A DNA stretch of 64,000 bases from Candidatus Saccharibacteria bacterium 49-20 (GCA_001897295.1 MKSN01000001.1:672141-736140); one strand, 5' to 3'; shown: positions 43,879-53,554, counted from the first letter of the stretch. Translations and numbers: made by a program. Notes: generated by a model from the letters alone, not told the origin.

Positions 43879-43887
43879 TCAACCGTT

Positions 43888-46800
43888 ATGGAACTGCTGA
43901 GGTTTCCTTCGCGCGGAGGGTTCTCCGTACGAAGTGTTTTTATTTTTGCCCTAACCGTTATTATCACGGCCCTATTATGGGCAACCTTCGCAAGCACCCC
44001 TACTCACGCGGCTGACGCCCAGTGGAATGGTGCATCTCTTCAATACAACGGCAACCAATACCTTTCATATGGCACCGCTCAAACTGGCGATAGCATCGGG
44101 CTTCCAGCCGGAACCGACTTCTACGCCTATATCCCAGCTGCACCTTCGACACCCGCAACCGGCCCAGCAACGCAAAAGGCGTACGTCATTTACTTTGCAC
44201 CAGGCGCATCGCCTCCAAGCGAAGCCAACGCAACCTACGTTGAGTACACTTACGACCCAAGCACGAAGACTTTCTCTAACCCAACCAACTCAACCGCCAT
44301 CACCGTTGACACCAACTCTGCCGCCTCAACAGGTACCGCCTGTGCGATTGAAGGCATCGGTTGGATTGCTTGTCCTGCGATGACTTGGCTTGCAAACGGT
44401 ATGGACAGCGTCTTCGACCTGATTGCCGACTTTATGGAAGTGCAACCGCTTCAAACTGGTAACACCCAGGGAAGCCTCTACCAGTCATGGAACATGGTGC
44501 GAAGTATTGCGAATATCGCCTTCATCATCGTATTCATTATTATTATCTACTCACAGCTCACCAATATTGGTGTGACGAGCTATGGACTCAAGAAGCTTAT
44601 TCCTCGCCTCATCATCGCAGCCGTGGCCGTCAACATCTCGTACTACATCGCGGCGATTGCGGTCGACATCTCGAACATCCTCGGCTACTCGCTCCAGGAC
44701 CTTCTTATGGGTATGCAGCGCGAAGTGGTCGCCAATGGTGTTGTTGATCCAAACGCCCAAGCCGATATTAATAGCGGCCTCAGTTGGGGTGCCTTTACTG
44801 CCTTCATTATTTCAGGTGGTACTGCCGTCGTTGCAGGAACCGCAGGACTCCTTATTGCCTCTGGTGGTACGATTACCGCGATTGCTTTCCTCCTCCTCCC
44901 AACTCTCCTCGGGCTCATCCTTGCACTCCTCGTGGTATTCCTTATCCTCGCAGCGCGCCAGGCAATCATCATTATCTTGGTGATTATCGCGCCGCTTGCT
45001 ATCGTTGCCTACCTACTGCCAAACACCGAAAAGTGGTTCGACAAATGGCGCGGCCTCTTTATGACCATGCTGATTTTCTTCCCAGCTTTCGCAGTTGTAT
45101 TTGGTGGCGCGCAGCTCGCAGGTTCAATCATTATTAAGAACGCCGACTCAGTCACGATGCAGCTACTTGGTATGACCGTACAGATTGCTCCACTTGTCAT
45201 TACCCCAATCCTGTTGAAGTTCAGTGGGTCACTCCTTGGCAACATTGCACGCATTGTTAACAACCCAAACAAGGGGCTTATCGACCGTACCCGCAACTGG
45301 TCAAACGCGCGCGCCGACTGGCACAAGAAGCGCGGTACTGGTGGGCTCGACCGCAAAGGTAATCCTATTAACGCAGTCGACAAGAACGGCAACCCAATTG
45401 TGGGCGGCCTTGGTCGCAGGAACTTCGCACGCCGCTCTGCGCGCTACCTCGACGGACGTACTCGCCGTCTTGCTGATCGCACCGCAAACGCCGAGACCGC
45501 AACAGCAAATGCCTACGAAAACGGCAAGCTCTACGCCAAGACTGACCGCAAGGGCAATGTCCGCTACGACATGGCGCTTCAAAAGGCTGCCATTAAGTCC
45601 GACCAAGAGGCCACCCACAACCGACATGGCGCTCACGTTGAGCACGCCAAGACGCACCGTGGCTCTATGATGTACGACCGCGCAATTACCGAGGAGTCTA
45701 CTAAAGAACTCTTTACTGCTGCCCAAAACGACACCGCGGCACACTTCAACCGTGAACGTATCATTGGTGGCACCGCACTTAACCGAAGCTCACGACAGAT
45801 CGAGCTCAGTAAGATGCGCCTCGACATCTCAGATAACGACAAGCAAATCTACTTCACTGAAGAGCGTATGCGTACCGGTACGCAGCTTAATGCACTCGTC
45901 GATACCTTTGAATCTTCGAAGCTTCACCTTGAAGGCAGCCAACAACGCTACACTGCGCGTGTTGATACTATGAAGACCGACCCAAGCAACGCCCTCTACC
46001 TTGCGTCACAAGTTGCACAGGCAGGCAAGGACCACGCTGAGGCGGCACAAAACCGTGTCCAGGCTATGTTCGATGACCTTCGCAAGACCGAGCGCGCTCC
46101 TGGCGACCCTACGCCTAACGTTCTCAACGTTGCAGCGCGCGACCTTGTCAGCAGTAAGGTCATTGCTGAGCGTGGCCAAGCTGAATTTACCGAATACATC
46201 AGTACCCTTAAGTCTACCCAAGGCACTACCCTTCACCGTCAAGTGGTGGATGCTGAAAAGGCTAAGCAAAGTGCACAAGTCGCCGAGACCAAGCTCACTC
46301 GTATTGTTGAAGAATACAAGGGCGGCGGTAAGCGTGACGAAAACGGCAACATCTTTATCGATGGCCAACAAGTTACCGACCAAAGCATCCTTAGCCTGAC
46401 CGAGCAAATGGTCTATAACACCGAGCAGCTTTCTGCTGAAAAGCAGGGTGTGGAATCTGCACAGTACGAACAACGTCAACACGTTTCGCGTCTCCTTGCA
46501 GCTGAAGAAGGCAGCGCCGACTGGGCGCGTGCGCAGGAACTCCTTAATGTTGCCGGTAGCATCGACAATAACGGTCAGCAGCGTGCACTTGCAAACGCAC
46601 TTGCGCAACGTTCACGTAGCCGTACTGAAGTGCTTAACAACATTAAGTCGATCTTTAGCTTCCGTAACATTACCGATGCTGACGTAAGTAGGCTCGCACA
46701 AGGCGAGGACATTCCTGGCATCGAGAAAACCCAAGATACTATCGCTGCGGCCCTCGAAGCTATCCTTAGTGGTGGTAACGCCGAAGAAATCGTCAACGTG

Positions 46801-47358
46801 ATGCAAAAGACCGACTTCTCATTCCCTGGTATGAGCGATGAGGAGCGCGAAGAACTTCAAATTATCGCCTCTGACGCCCTCATGGGCAACAGCGCTCGCC
46901 CGCCATTCATGACCGTTGGATTCACCAAGATGTTGAAGTCTGGTAAGCGCTTCGATGGCACACTCTTCACCGATGCTGCCGCTGACCCTGCGAACCCAGA
47001 CGGTAAGCTTAATAGCGCAGCCACTGGCGACCCTAACCCAGGCAACACTCCATTCAACCGTATGATCATCACTGCAATTAATAACGGTAAGATCGACTCT
47101 AAGAAGCTCCAGGGCGCAGGCAAGGACTACGCAAAGGCAGTCTTCGAAGCTATGGACTCACTTCCTGGCGACATTAACGCGACCGCGAAGACCAAGCTCC
47201 TCGCCGAACTCGCCAAGACATTGGACCCAAGGCGCGAAGCCTCAGAAGGTCTCGCCGACAGTCTTCCATTCCTCCAAAGTATGGTGGACAACCTTGGCGG
47301 AGAGCTCATGCCTGACGGTTCAGTGAAGCTCAACCCAGACGGTACTCCTAAGCAGTAG
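43888..47358 (+). CDS. very large multi-pass membrane protein: signal peptide, ~150-aa ectodomain, ~8 TM block, ~690-aa charged helical C-terminal region (VirB6/TrbL-like topology, unverified)
   Basis: Signal sequence ...ASTPTHA|ADAQW. Hydrophobic block at about residues 195-460. The remainder is K/R/D/E/Q/A-rich with no recognised catalytic motif. Confidence 0.8.
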   Translation: MELLRFPSRGGFSVRSVFIFALTVIITALLWATFASTPTHAADAQWNGASLQYNGNQYLSYGTAQTGDSIGLPAGTDFYAYIPAAPSTPATGPATQKAYVIYFAPGASPPSEANATYVEYTYDPSTKTFSNPTNSTAITVDTNSAASTGTACAIEGIGWIACPAMTWLANGMDSVFDLIADFMEVQPLQTGNTQGSLYQSWNMVRSIANIAFIIVFIIIIYSQLTNIGVTSYGLKKLIPRLIIAAVAVNISYYIAAIAVDISNILGYSLQDLLMGMQREVVANGVVDPNAQADINSGLSWGAFTAFIISGGTAVVAGTAGLLIASGGTITAIAFLLLPTLLGLILALLVVFLILAARQAIIIILVIIAPLAIVAYLLPNTEKWFDKWRGLFMTMLIFFPAFAVVFGGAQLAGSIIIKNADSVTMQLLGMTVQIAPLVITPILLKFSGSLLGNIARIVNNPNKGLIDRTRNWSNARADWHKKRGTGGLDRKGNPINAVDKNGNPIVGGLGRRNFARRSARYLDGRTRRLADRTANAETATANAYENGKLYAKTDRKGNVRYDMALQKAAIKSDQEATHNRHGAHVEHAKTHRGSMMYDRAITEESTKELFTAAQNDTAAHFNRERIIGGTALNRSSRQIELSKMRLDISDNDKQIYFTEERMRTGTQLNALVDTFESSKLHLEGSQQRYTARVDTMKTDPSNALYLASQVAQAGKDHAEAAQNRVQAMFDDLRKTERAPGDPTPNVLNVAARDLVSSKVIAERGQAEFTEYISTLKSTQGTTLHRQVVDAEKAKQSAQVAETKLTRIVEEYKGGGKRDENGNIFIDGQQVTDQSILSLTEQMVYNTEQLSAEKQGVESAQYEQRQHVSRLLAAEEGSADWARAQELLNVAGSIDNNGQQRALANALAQRSRSRTEVLNNIKSIFSFRNITDADVSRLAQGEDIPGIEKTQDTIAAALEAILSGGNAEEIVNVMQKTDFSFPGMSDEEREELQIIASDALMGNSARPPFMTVGFTKMLKSGKRFDGTLFTDAAADPANPDGKLNSAATGDPNPGNTPFNRMIITAINNGKIDSKKLQGAGKDYAKAVFEAMDSLPGDINATAKTKLLAELAKTLDPRREASEGLADSLPFLQSMVDNLGGELMPDGSVKLNPDGTPKQ

Positions 47359-48016
47359 TAATAGGTGTCGCGTCGTCGACACGCCAGTCCGCTACTTTCG
47401 TGCGGCGAAGCTCGGCGCAATACGCACCGGTTTCGAGCACCTTCCCGATATCTTCGGCGAGGCTACGAATGTATGTACCACTACTGACATGTGCGCGAAT
47501 GCGAACATCAGGATACGTATAATCGATAAGTTCAAGGTTATATACCGTGACCTGGCGCTCGGGGATTTCAACGACCTCGCCCTTACGCGCTAAGTCGTAC
47601 GCACGGCGGCCATTAATCTTAATGGCACTAAACATAGGCGGACGTTGCGTAATTTCACCACGAAACGGCTCTAGCGCGGCCTCTACGGCCTCTTTGGTTG
47701 GAATATGAGTAGAAACCTCAGTCAGCTCGCCCTCGGGGTCTCCCGTCGAGCTCGTAAGACCAAGGCGAATCACTGCTTCGTATTCTTTATCGAGTTTTGA
47801 GTAGTTCATCGCGTTGCGACATTCTTTGCCTGTCACAATCAACATAAGCCCGGTCGCAAATGGATCGAGCGTACCCGTGTGGCCAACCTTGGCTTTCTTC
47901 CCTAGTTGCTCTGAAAGGCGTCGACGGACACGCGCAACCACACCAAAACTGGTGATGCCAGCTGGCTTGTCGATAAGAATCATACCGTCTTCAGGAACAA
48001 TAAAATCTGGGTTCAT
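47348..48016 (-). CDS. truB: tRNA pseudouridine-55 synthase TruB
   Basis: GHTGTLDPFATGLMLI catalytic Asp motif. 222 aa. Confidence 0.92.
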   Translation of the reverse strand: MNPDFIVPEDGMILIDKPAGITSFGVVARVRRRLSEQLGKKAKVGHTGTLDPFATGLMLIVTGKECRNAMNYSKLDKEYEAVIRLGLTSSTGDPEGELTEVSTHIPTKEAVEAALEPFRGEITQRPPMFSAIKINGRRAYDLARKGEVVEIPERQVTVYNLELIDYTYPDVRIRAHVSSGTYIRSLAEDIGKVLETGAYCAELRRTKVADWRVDDATPITTA

Positions 48017-48037
48017 TAAGGCTATTATACCCGAGTG

Positions 48038-49954
48038 CTATTGCTGGGGTGGAATCTGGAACTGTCCAGGGTCTGCAGGGCCTTGTTGCGGCTGCGTAGG
48101 TGCGGCTTGCACAGGAGGCAGCGCAGGCTCTGGTGCATAGGCACTATTTTCCGCAGGAACCGCATTGTTTGTGTAGTCAGGTGCAGGAGCTGGCTCTGGG
48201 GCTAAGATGTCACCCAAAATACCCGACTGTGGGGTTGGTGGCAGTGGAATACCAGGGGCCGGTGCACCTACCTGAGAAAAGTCAGGGATTGGTGGCGGCA
48301 AAGGAAGACCAAGATCTGCCGGAGATGCGTTCGCTGGTGGCTGAGGCGCTTCAGTATACGCAGACGTTGGCGCAGGCGCCGGTGCTGGTGTGGTGACAGG
48401 CTCTGGCATAATTTGCGATGAAAGTGGCTGAATCACGCGCTCAGAGCCAACCGCAATCGCCGGTGAACCAGGCGCTTGTCCGTAGTCAGATTCTTCTGGA
48501 GCGTACGCAGAGTGTACACCTTCGCTTAGTGATGCAGCGGCGCCAAAGTCGTTCACCCCGACTGATCCAGGTGCTGCAGAAGGCGTGCCCGGGAATCCAG
48601 CGTCGGTGTTACCCGCAGGAGCTGCCTCGGCACTTCCAAGGTATGAGTGTGATAAGATTGTTCGGTTTTGGTCGTTTTCCGCTTCACGACGCGCATCTTC
48701 AGCAGCTTGCTCTGCGGTTGCATTGAGCGTACCGCCAAGAATTGGCTCTACTCCGTCGTCATCGGCAGCATAGGCTGAACCGGCCGCCGGTGTTGACGGT
48801 GCAACTTCTTCGTAATTTACTGTGGGCTTTTCCGCTACTGCAGGCTCAATCGCAGGCAGTTGCGGTACTGGTTCTTCATCGGCAGCGTAGTTCGAGTGAA
48901 TTTGCGCCTCTTCATGACGAATCTCTTCCTCAGCTTCTTCGCGCGCTTCTTCTTGAGCGGCCTTTTCCTGTGCAACGGATACTTCTTCGATTACTTTTTC
49001 GCGCGCTTCTTCATCGCCAAGGATGCGGCGATCAAGTTCGGCGAGGGTTTCACCCTCGTGTGCGATATTCAATGACGACCCGTTATCGTGCTTTTTAATA
49101 GTCAACGAACCGTCGCCAGATTCCTTGTCGACTTCGACGTCTTCGCTCGGCGTCTCTTCGGGCTCTTCAGTAGGACCACCTTTAATTTCGTGCGAAGCCT
49201 GAAGTTCAGTTGCAATTAACTGCTGATCAGCACCCGCAGACATAAGCGTCGCGGCAACGGTCATCACCTTAGAAGTGGTGTGCTCGTTACTAAAGCGGTC
49301 GGTTTCGGCCACGATACCCGTAAGGAGCGCGGTTGCAATCTGCTCATCAAGGAGTGATTTTTTCTTGTCGTCTTTCAAGGCTTCCGCAAGGCCTGCAACC
49401 ATTTCACTCAGACTACTCGCGTTTGCGTCGCGCCAATCAATGCCACCAAGGTCACTCACCTGCTCGCCAGCACTCAAGGTAATAATTGCTGCGTCATGCA
49501 GAATCTGCCCGTGGTCTTCGAGGGCTTTATCGAGGTGTTTTTGGTCATCCACGCCAAGTGCAATCACAAGTTCGACGTTGTAGTCACCCTGACTGAATTC
49601 AAGGTCACTTTGGTCGATGGTGGTTTTGTACGGCGTAATGAAGATCTTTACTGAGTCGCCCTCTACTTTGTAGCGAAGGTGATCGGCCTTTTCTTTATTA
49701 AGGGCGATGATGAAATCGCGAAGGCTGTCAGTTGTGTCATCGAAGGTTTTCTCTGGCTCAAGGAAAGCAATCGCAGGAGGCGTTTCACCACTAAAAATAG
49801 AGGTGGCGTACTTTTCGTGCTTATCAAGAATCATCGTCAGCGCAAGGGCTGCCGAAAGGGCATCAACAGAAGGACTGTCAGATACAGTCACAAGAATTTT
49901 TGAAGATTCTTTAATCTTCTCGACTACCTGTTGTTTGGCTTTGATTTCATCCAT
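48038..49954 (-). CDS. DHH/NrnA-like domain protein with degenerate motifs and a ~300-aa Pro/Ala/Glu-rich disordered tail
   Basis: The N-terminal ~330 aa resemble a DHH-DHHA1 layout (ILVTVSDSPSVDALSAALAL, GIVAETDRFSN), but the canonical DxD, DHH and GGGH residues are not all present. Confidence 0.5.
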   Translation of the reverse strand: MDEIKAKQQVVEKIKESSKILVTVSDSPSVDALSAALALTMILDKHEKYATSIFSGETPPAIAFLEPEKTFDDTTDSLRDFIIALNKEKADHLRYKVEGDSVKIFITPYKTTIDQSDLEFSQGDYNVELVIALGVDDQKHLDKALEDHGQILHDAAIITLSAGEQVSDLGGIDWRDANASSLSEMVAGLAEALKDDKKKSLLDEQIATALLTGIVAETDRFSNEHTTSKVMTVAATLMSAGADQQLIATELQASHEIKGGPTEEPEETPSEDVEVDKESGDGSLTIKKHDNGSSLNIAHEGETLAELDRRILGDEEAREKVIEEVSVAQEKAAQEEAREEAEEEIRHEEAQIHSNYAADEEPVPQLPAIEPAVAEKPTVNYEEVAPSTPAAGSAYAADDDGVEPILGGTLNATAEQAAEDARREAENDQNRTILSHSYLGSAEAAPAGNTDAGFPGTPSAAPGSVGVNDFGAAASLSEGVHSAYAPEESDYGQAPGSPAIAVGSERVIQPLSSQIMPEPVTTPAPAPAPTSAYTEAPQPPANASPADLGLPLPPPIPDFSQVGAPAPGIPLPPTPQSGILGDILAPEPAPAPDYTNNAVPAENSAYAPEPALPPVQAAPTQPQQGPADPGQFQIPPQQ

Positions 49955-50055
49955 GGTGTGTTTCTTTTTGCCTTCGGTCCATTTGTTTTAGATAGACGCG
50001 TTTGCCTCACTATAGCATAAGGGTTTTTAAAGCGTCAACAAATATACCCCCACTC

Positions 50056-50084
50056 TTTACTTTTCGTGCATTTTCCTCTATAAT
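50056..50084 (+). promoter_or_regulatory. promoter TTTACT-17-TATAAT for rpsT
   Basis: TTTACTtttcgtgcattttcctcTATAAT, with the ATG 43 nt downstream behind aaggtaaaggaa. Confidence 0.55.
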
Positions 50085-50126
50085 CACCCCTTGATTGACA
50101 TAACAAATCTAAGGTAAAGGAACTTC

Positions 50127-50489
50127 ATGCCAATTATCAAATCCGCTATCAAGCGAGCAAAACAAACTGTCGTACGTCGCGAACGCAACGTGGCAACTAA
50201 GCGTGCCCTCAAGGACGCCGTAAAGGCTTTCAACGCAGCACCTTCTGCTGCTACCCTTTCTGCTGCACAAAGCGCAATCGACACTGCAGTAAAGAAGAAC
50301 GTACTTAACAAGAACACTGCTTCACGTCGCAAGGCACTTCTTGCAAAGAACGCAAAAGCTGCAGGCGTAAAGCCAGCCGCTACCAAGAAGGCTGCTCCTA
50401 AGGCCACTGCAAAGCCAGCAACTAAGACTGCTGCTGCAAAACCTGCTGCAAAGAAGGCTCCTGCGAAGAAGCCAGCTGCAAAGAAGTAA
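50127..50489 (+). CDS. rpsT: 30S ribosomal protein S20 with Lys/Ala/Pro-rich C-terminal extension
   Basis: MPIIKSAIKRAKQTVVRRERN... core of about 85 aa, then AAGVKPAATKKAAPKATAKPATKTAAAKPAAKKAPAKKPAAKK. Confidence 0.9.
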   Translation: MPIIKSAIKRAKQTVVRRERNVATKRALKDAVKAFNAAPSAATLSAAQSAIDTAVKKNVLNKNTASRRKALLAKNAKAAGVKPAATKKAAPKATAKPATKTAAAKPAAKKAPAKKPAAKK

Positions 50490-50506
50490 GTTTACCGCTC
50501 TCTTAC

Positions 50507-50536
50507 AAAAATACCTCCATCTCGGAGGTATTTTTT
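50507..50536. terminator. bidirectional intrinsic terminator between rpsT and holA
   Basis: aaaa-atacctcc-atctc-ggaggtat-tttttt. Confidence 0.8.
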
Positions 50537-51437
50537 ATTGTGCAGTTTCCAGTAAGGTTCGTTCGATAAGAAGCCACGGCTCGGCTTTTGAGCGCTTCAT
50601 ATCAGCGTCAGTCTTCGCAAACAGCTCTACAATATACCCAACCTTCGCCTTACCTAGCCGTTTGCCGTGACGAGTAAGTTTTGAAGCAACGAACGGGTGT
50701 ACGCCGAAGTCTTTGGCTGGGTTGGCGGTGTCATCGCCAAAAGTAACCGCCGCAAGCGTAAGGGCTTGTGAGGTTAAAAGTGCAAACAAGGCATACGGAT
50801 CCTCTTGGAGTGAAAGTGTGTCGAGCATCTTCGCAACCTGCTGAGTCCTGCCCTCAAGTGCCGTTTCAAACAATTGAAAAATGTTTTCAGTTGGGTTTGG
50901 TGGTACGATGTCGTTAATCGCCTGCTCATCTACGGTATCGAGTAGCCCCAGCGTTGTAACAGCGTGCGCCAACTGCCATTGGTCGAGCCCTACGCGCTGC
51001 ACAAGATGTGCTGCGAGCCTTTTGTCGAGCTTCAGCCCTTCAGCTTGCGCACGAGCGCTCACCCACTGCTCTGCTTTCGCGTAGTCGCGCTCGCCCCACA
51101 CGGGGAACTCTTGCAGATCCGCAGCGGCTTTCAGTGCTTTATAGCTTGTGGTGCGCTTATCGGGCTTCGTATCAATGAAGGCGACGTGGATATCGTCATT
51201 CACGCGCGGAAGCCATTCGGGGAGTTTCTCCCACAAGGTACTATTCGTTGAAATGTCTTGAATAATAACCAAGCGCTCGGTAGCAAAAAGGCTCACACCC
51301 ATCAGGACATCCGGCAATTGAGAAAGACTGAGGTCGGCCCCGTCAAAGCGCTCTGGTGTGCCCGAAAAAGACGCCTCGAGCGACTTCACTGCTTCGCGAA
51401 TCTCGAAGCTGTTTTCTCCAACAAGCCAGGTAATCAT
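50535..51437 (-). CDS. holA: DNA polymerase III delta subunit
   Basis: 300 aa, HolA-like layout (..SLFATERLVIIQD.., ..VGLDQWQLAHAVTTLGLL..). Confidence 0.78.
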   Translation of the reverse strand: MITWLVGENSFEIREAVKSLEASFSGTPERFDGADLSLSQLPDVLMGVSLFATERLVIIQDISTNSTLWEKLPEWLPRVNDDIHVAFIDTKPDKRTTSYKALKAAADLQEFPVWGERDYAKAEQWVSARAQAEGLKLDKRLAAHLVQRVGLDQWQLAHAVTTLGLLDTVDEQAINDIVPPNPTENIFQLFETALEGRTQQVAKMLDTLSLQEDPYALFALLTSQALTLAAVTFGDDTANPAKDFGVHPFVASKLTRHGKRLGKAKVGYIVELFAKTDADMKRSKAEPWLLIERTLLETAQ

Positions 51438-51455
51438 ATCTTCAGTATACCAGTG

Positions 51456-52322
51456 TTACACCTGCTGGCAGAATGGGCAAATATGCGTCCCTCGCCCCGC
51501 GACGCGCAGCTTTTCGATTGTCGTTCCACACCGTGGACACACTAAGCCTTCACGCCTAAACACGCGGGCGAAATCCATGTAACTTCCCTTCTTGCCTTCC
51601 GCGTTCACGTAGGTATGGTTCGATGAGCCACCCTTTTCTACGGCCAGGTTCATGACCGCGCGCATTTCATGAAACAGTAATTCAAATTCTTGTTCAGTAA
51701 TCGTATTTACCAAACGCTTTGGGTGGATTTTTGCACCCCAAAGCGATTCGTCCGCATAGATATTACCGATGCCCGCTACCACCGACTGATCGAGAAGTGC
51801 GGCTTTAATGTTAGTACGGCCGCGGCGCGCAAATCGTTGCATAAATTCTTTGGCTGTAAAATTTTCACTCAGTGGCTCAGGGCCCACCTTCTGCATAAAA
51901 TCAATGTTCGGAATTTCAATAGTGGGCATTAATCGCATCCAGCCAAACTTGCGCTGGTCGTTAAAGAAAAGCTTCGCGCCATCTGTAAATGTGAGTGTCA
52001 CGCGCGTTGATTTGTCGGGAAGGTCATTCACCAAGCTATCATTCGGATGCCCCGCCCCAAAACGCGTCTCACCCACAAACACAAGCTGCCCTGTCATTTT
52101 CAGGTGAATAATTAATGAGTACTCAGTCGATAGATCAATCATTAGTACCTTTGCGCGGCGACGAACATCCGTAATAGTTGCGCCCAACAAAAAGCGACTC
52201 ACGTCATCGAGGGTATTTGGAAATCCCTTTGCAGTATCGTGTGCTTCGGCCTTCACCACCTTGCCGATAATGAGCTCCGAAAGCCCCCGACGTACTGTCT
52301 CGACTTCGGGTAGTTCTGGCAT
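51456..52322 (-). CDS. mutM: formamidopyrimidine-DNA glycosylase
   Basis: MPELPEVETVRRGL N-terminus, H2TH region, C-terminal zinc finger CPRCGTTIEKLRVAGRGTHICPFCQ. Confidence 0.93.
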   Translation of the reverse strand: MPELPEVETVRRGLSELIIGKVVKAEAHDTAKGFPNTLDDVSRFLLGATITDVRRRAKVLMIDLSTEYSLIIHLKMTGQLVFVGETRFGAGHPNDSLVNDLPDKSTRVTLTFTDGAKLFFNDQRKFGWMRLMPTIEIPNIDFMQKVGPEPLSENFTAKEFMQRFARRGRTNIKAALLDQSVVAGIGNIYADESLWGAKIHPKRLVNTITEQEFELLFHEMRAVMNLAVEKGGSSNHTYVNAEGKKGSYMDFARVFRREGLVCPRCGTTIEKLRVAGRGTHICPFCQQV

Positions 52323-52326
52323 AGGA

Positions 52327-52929
52327 TTAAATCTTTAGGTTTGCTTCAATATTTGAGCCGTCAGGAATCTGGCTAAGGAAAAGTCGAGAAAGCTGTGTTG
52401 AGCTAGCTTTGAGTGACCCAGGAGAACCACTACAGGTTGAAGTCCAAAGCATCGTCTGGTCTTCGCCGCCGCTCATAGTGCGGTATTCGTATACCTTACC
52501 CGTCGCACAAACGCCAAGGACGTTATTCTTGTCACCGGTGAACGGTGTGCCCGCAACCATGTTTGCCTTATTAAGGGCGTGGACGAATTGGTCGTATGCG
52601 GCGGTATTGTTCGAGAGTACTTGTTGGTCAGTAATCACATCAAGGTAGCCGGTGTAGGCGGTAAATTTACGCTCGGTTGGAGAGATGATTACTTGGTAAG
52701 AACGGAAGTCTTCATCGGCCACAATGGGACCACGCACCGTCATACTGACTGCACGGCCGTCATCGGTGTTGAGAAGCCCCTGCTGTTGAGCCTGAAACTC
52801 CGTAACCGCAGTTGAAGAAGATCCCGTGAAAAGAAGGCGCGCCAAAGCAACGAGCCCGGCAATCGCAATAACGATCACAATAATGGTCAAAACAGTTGGA
52901 AGAATGCGTGATGTTCGATAATTAGCCAT
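52327..52929 (-). CDS. hypothetical membrane-anchored protein
   Basis: One N-terminal TM (ILPTVLTIIVIVIAIAGLVALARLLF), ectodomain with a Cys pair. No motif recognised. Confidence 0.6.
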   Translation of the reverse strand: MANYRTSRILPTVLTIIVIVIAIAGLVALARLLFTGSSSTAVTEFQAQQQGLLNTDDGRAVSMTVRGPIVADEDFRSYQVIISPTERKFTAYTGYLDVITDQQVLSNNTAAYDQFVHALNKANMVAGTPFTGDKNNVLGVCATGKVYEYRTMSGGEDQTMLWTSTCSGSPGSLKASSTQLSRLFLSQIPDGSNIEANLKI

Positions 52930-52960
52930 GCCCCTACCTTAGTCCCTTTTTCTACCCCTG

Positions 52961-53554
52961 TCAACCTCTGTTAAGAAGTGCGTCGAGCTCGGCGGTTGCT
53001 TGCTGGTTAGTTTGGAACTGAATCGCCTGCATACCCGTTGCCTTTGCGCCTTCACAAAACTCGATAATATCGTCAATCATGACGCACTCCGTAGGACTTA
53101 CACCAAGGCGTGTGGCGGCAATTTCATAAATCTCTGGCTGGGGCTTTACATACCCCTCGTCACCCGAGGCGACAACCGTATCAAAATGGCTTTCAAGCTC
53201 GCCGTTCACAAAACGAATACTGAGCCGTTCGCGGCTGCTAATATTACTGAGCAACGCAACTTTGTAGTCTTTTTTGAGTTCAGCGATGTATTCAAGAAGC
53301 TGGCGATTCGGCACCTCTACCTGGTTTTGTTCCGCCAAAAACTCATCGGTATCCATACCAAAGAGTGCACTAATGTGCTCGGCTGTTTCTTCGCGGCTCA
53401 AGATTCCCATATCGGATGCATGGTTAATCGCACGAATCTCTTTCGCCCGCTCCGGGTCTTCGCGCTCAACTTCCATCAAATGCGTCTTGTACGCGTTTCC
53501 AAGTAATACTCCAAAGCAATCAAAAATTACCGCTTTAATCATTGGTTTCTCCAT
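52961..53554 (-). CDS. HAD-superfamily hydrolase
   Basis: VIFDCFGVLL (motif I variant), LLSNIS (motif II), IDDI (motif IV region). Confidence 0.8.
   Translation of the reverse strand: MEKPMIKAVIFDCFGVLLGNAYKTHLMEVEREDPERAKEIRAINHASDMGILSREETAEHISALFGMDTDEFLAEQNQVEVPNRQLLEYIAELKKDYKVALLSNISSRERLSIRFVNGELESHFDTVVASGDEGYVKPQPEIYEIAATRLGVSPTECVMIDDIIEFCEGAKATGMQAIQFQTNQQATAELDALLNRG

Noticed and set aside
46006-46608. A 200-aa antisense ORF inside the 1156-aa gene, and similar antisense ORFs at 45009-45392 and 45301-45744.
   Set aside because: They are embedded opposite a long, coherent sense ORF. They have no start context or motif and are most simply chance ORFs.
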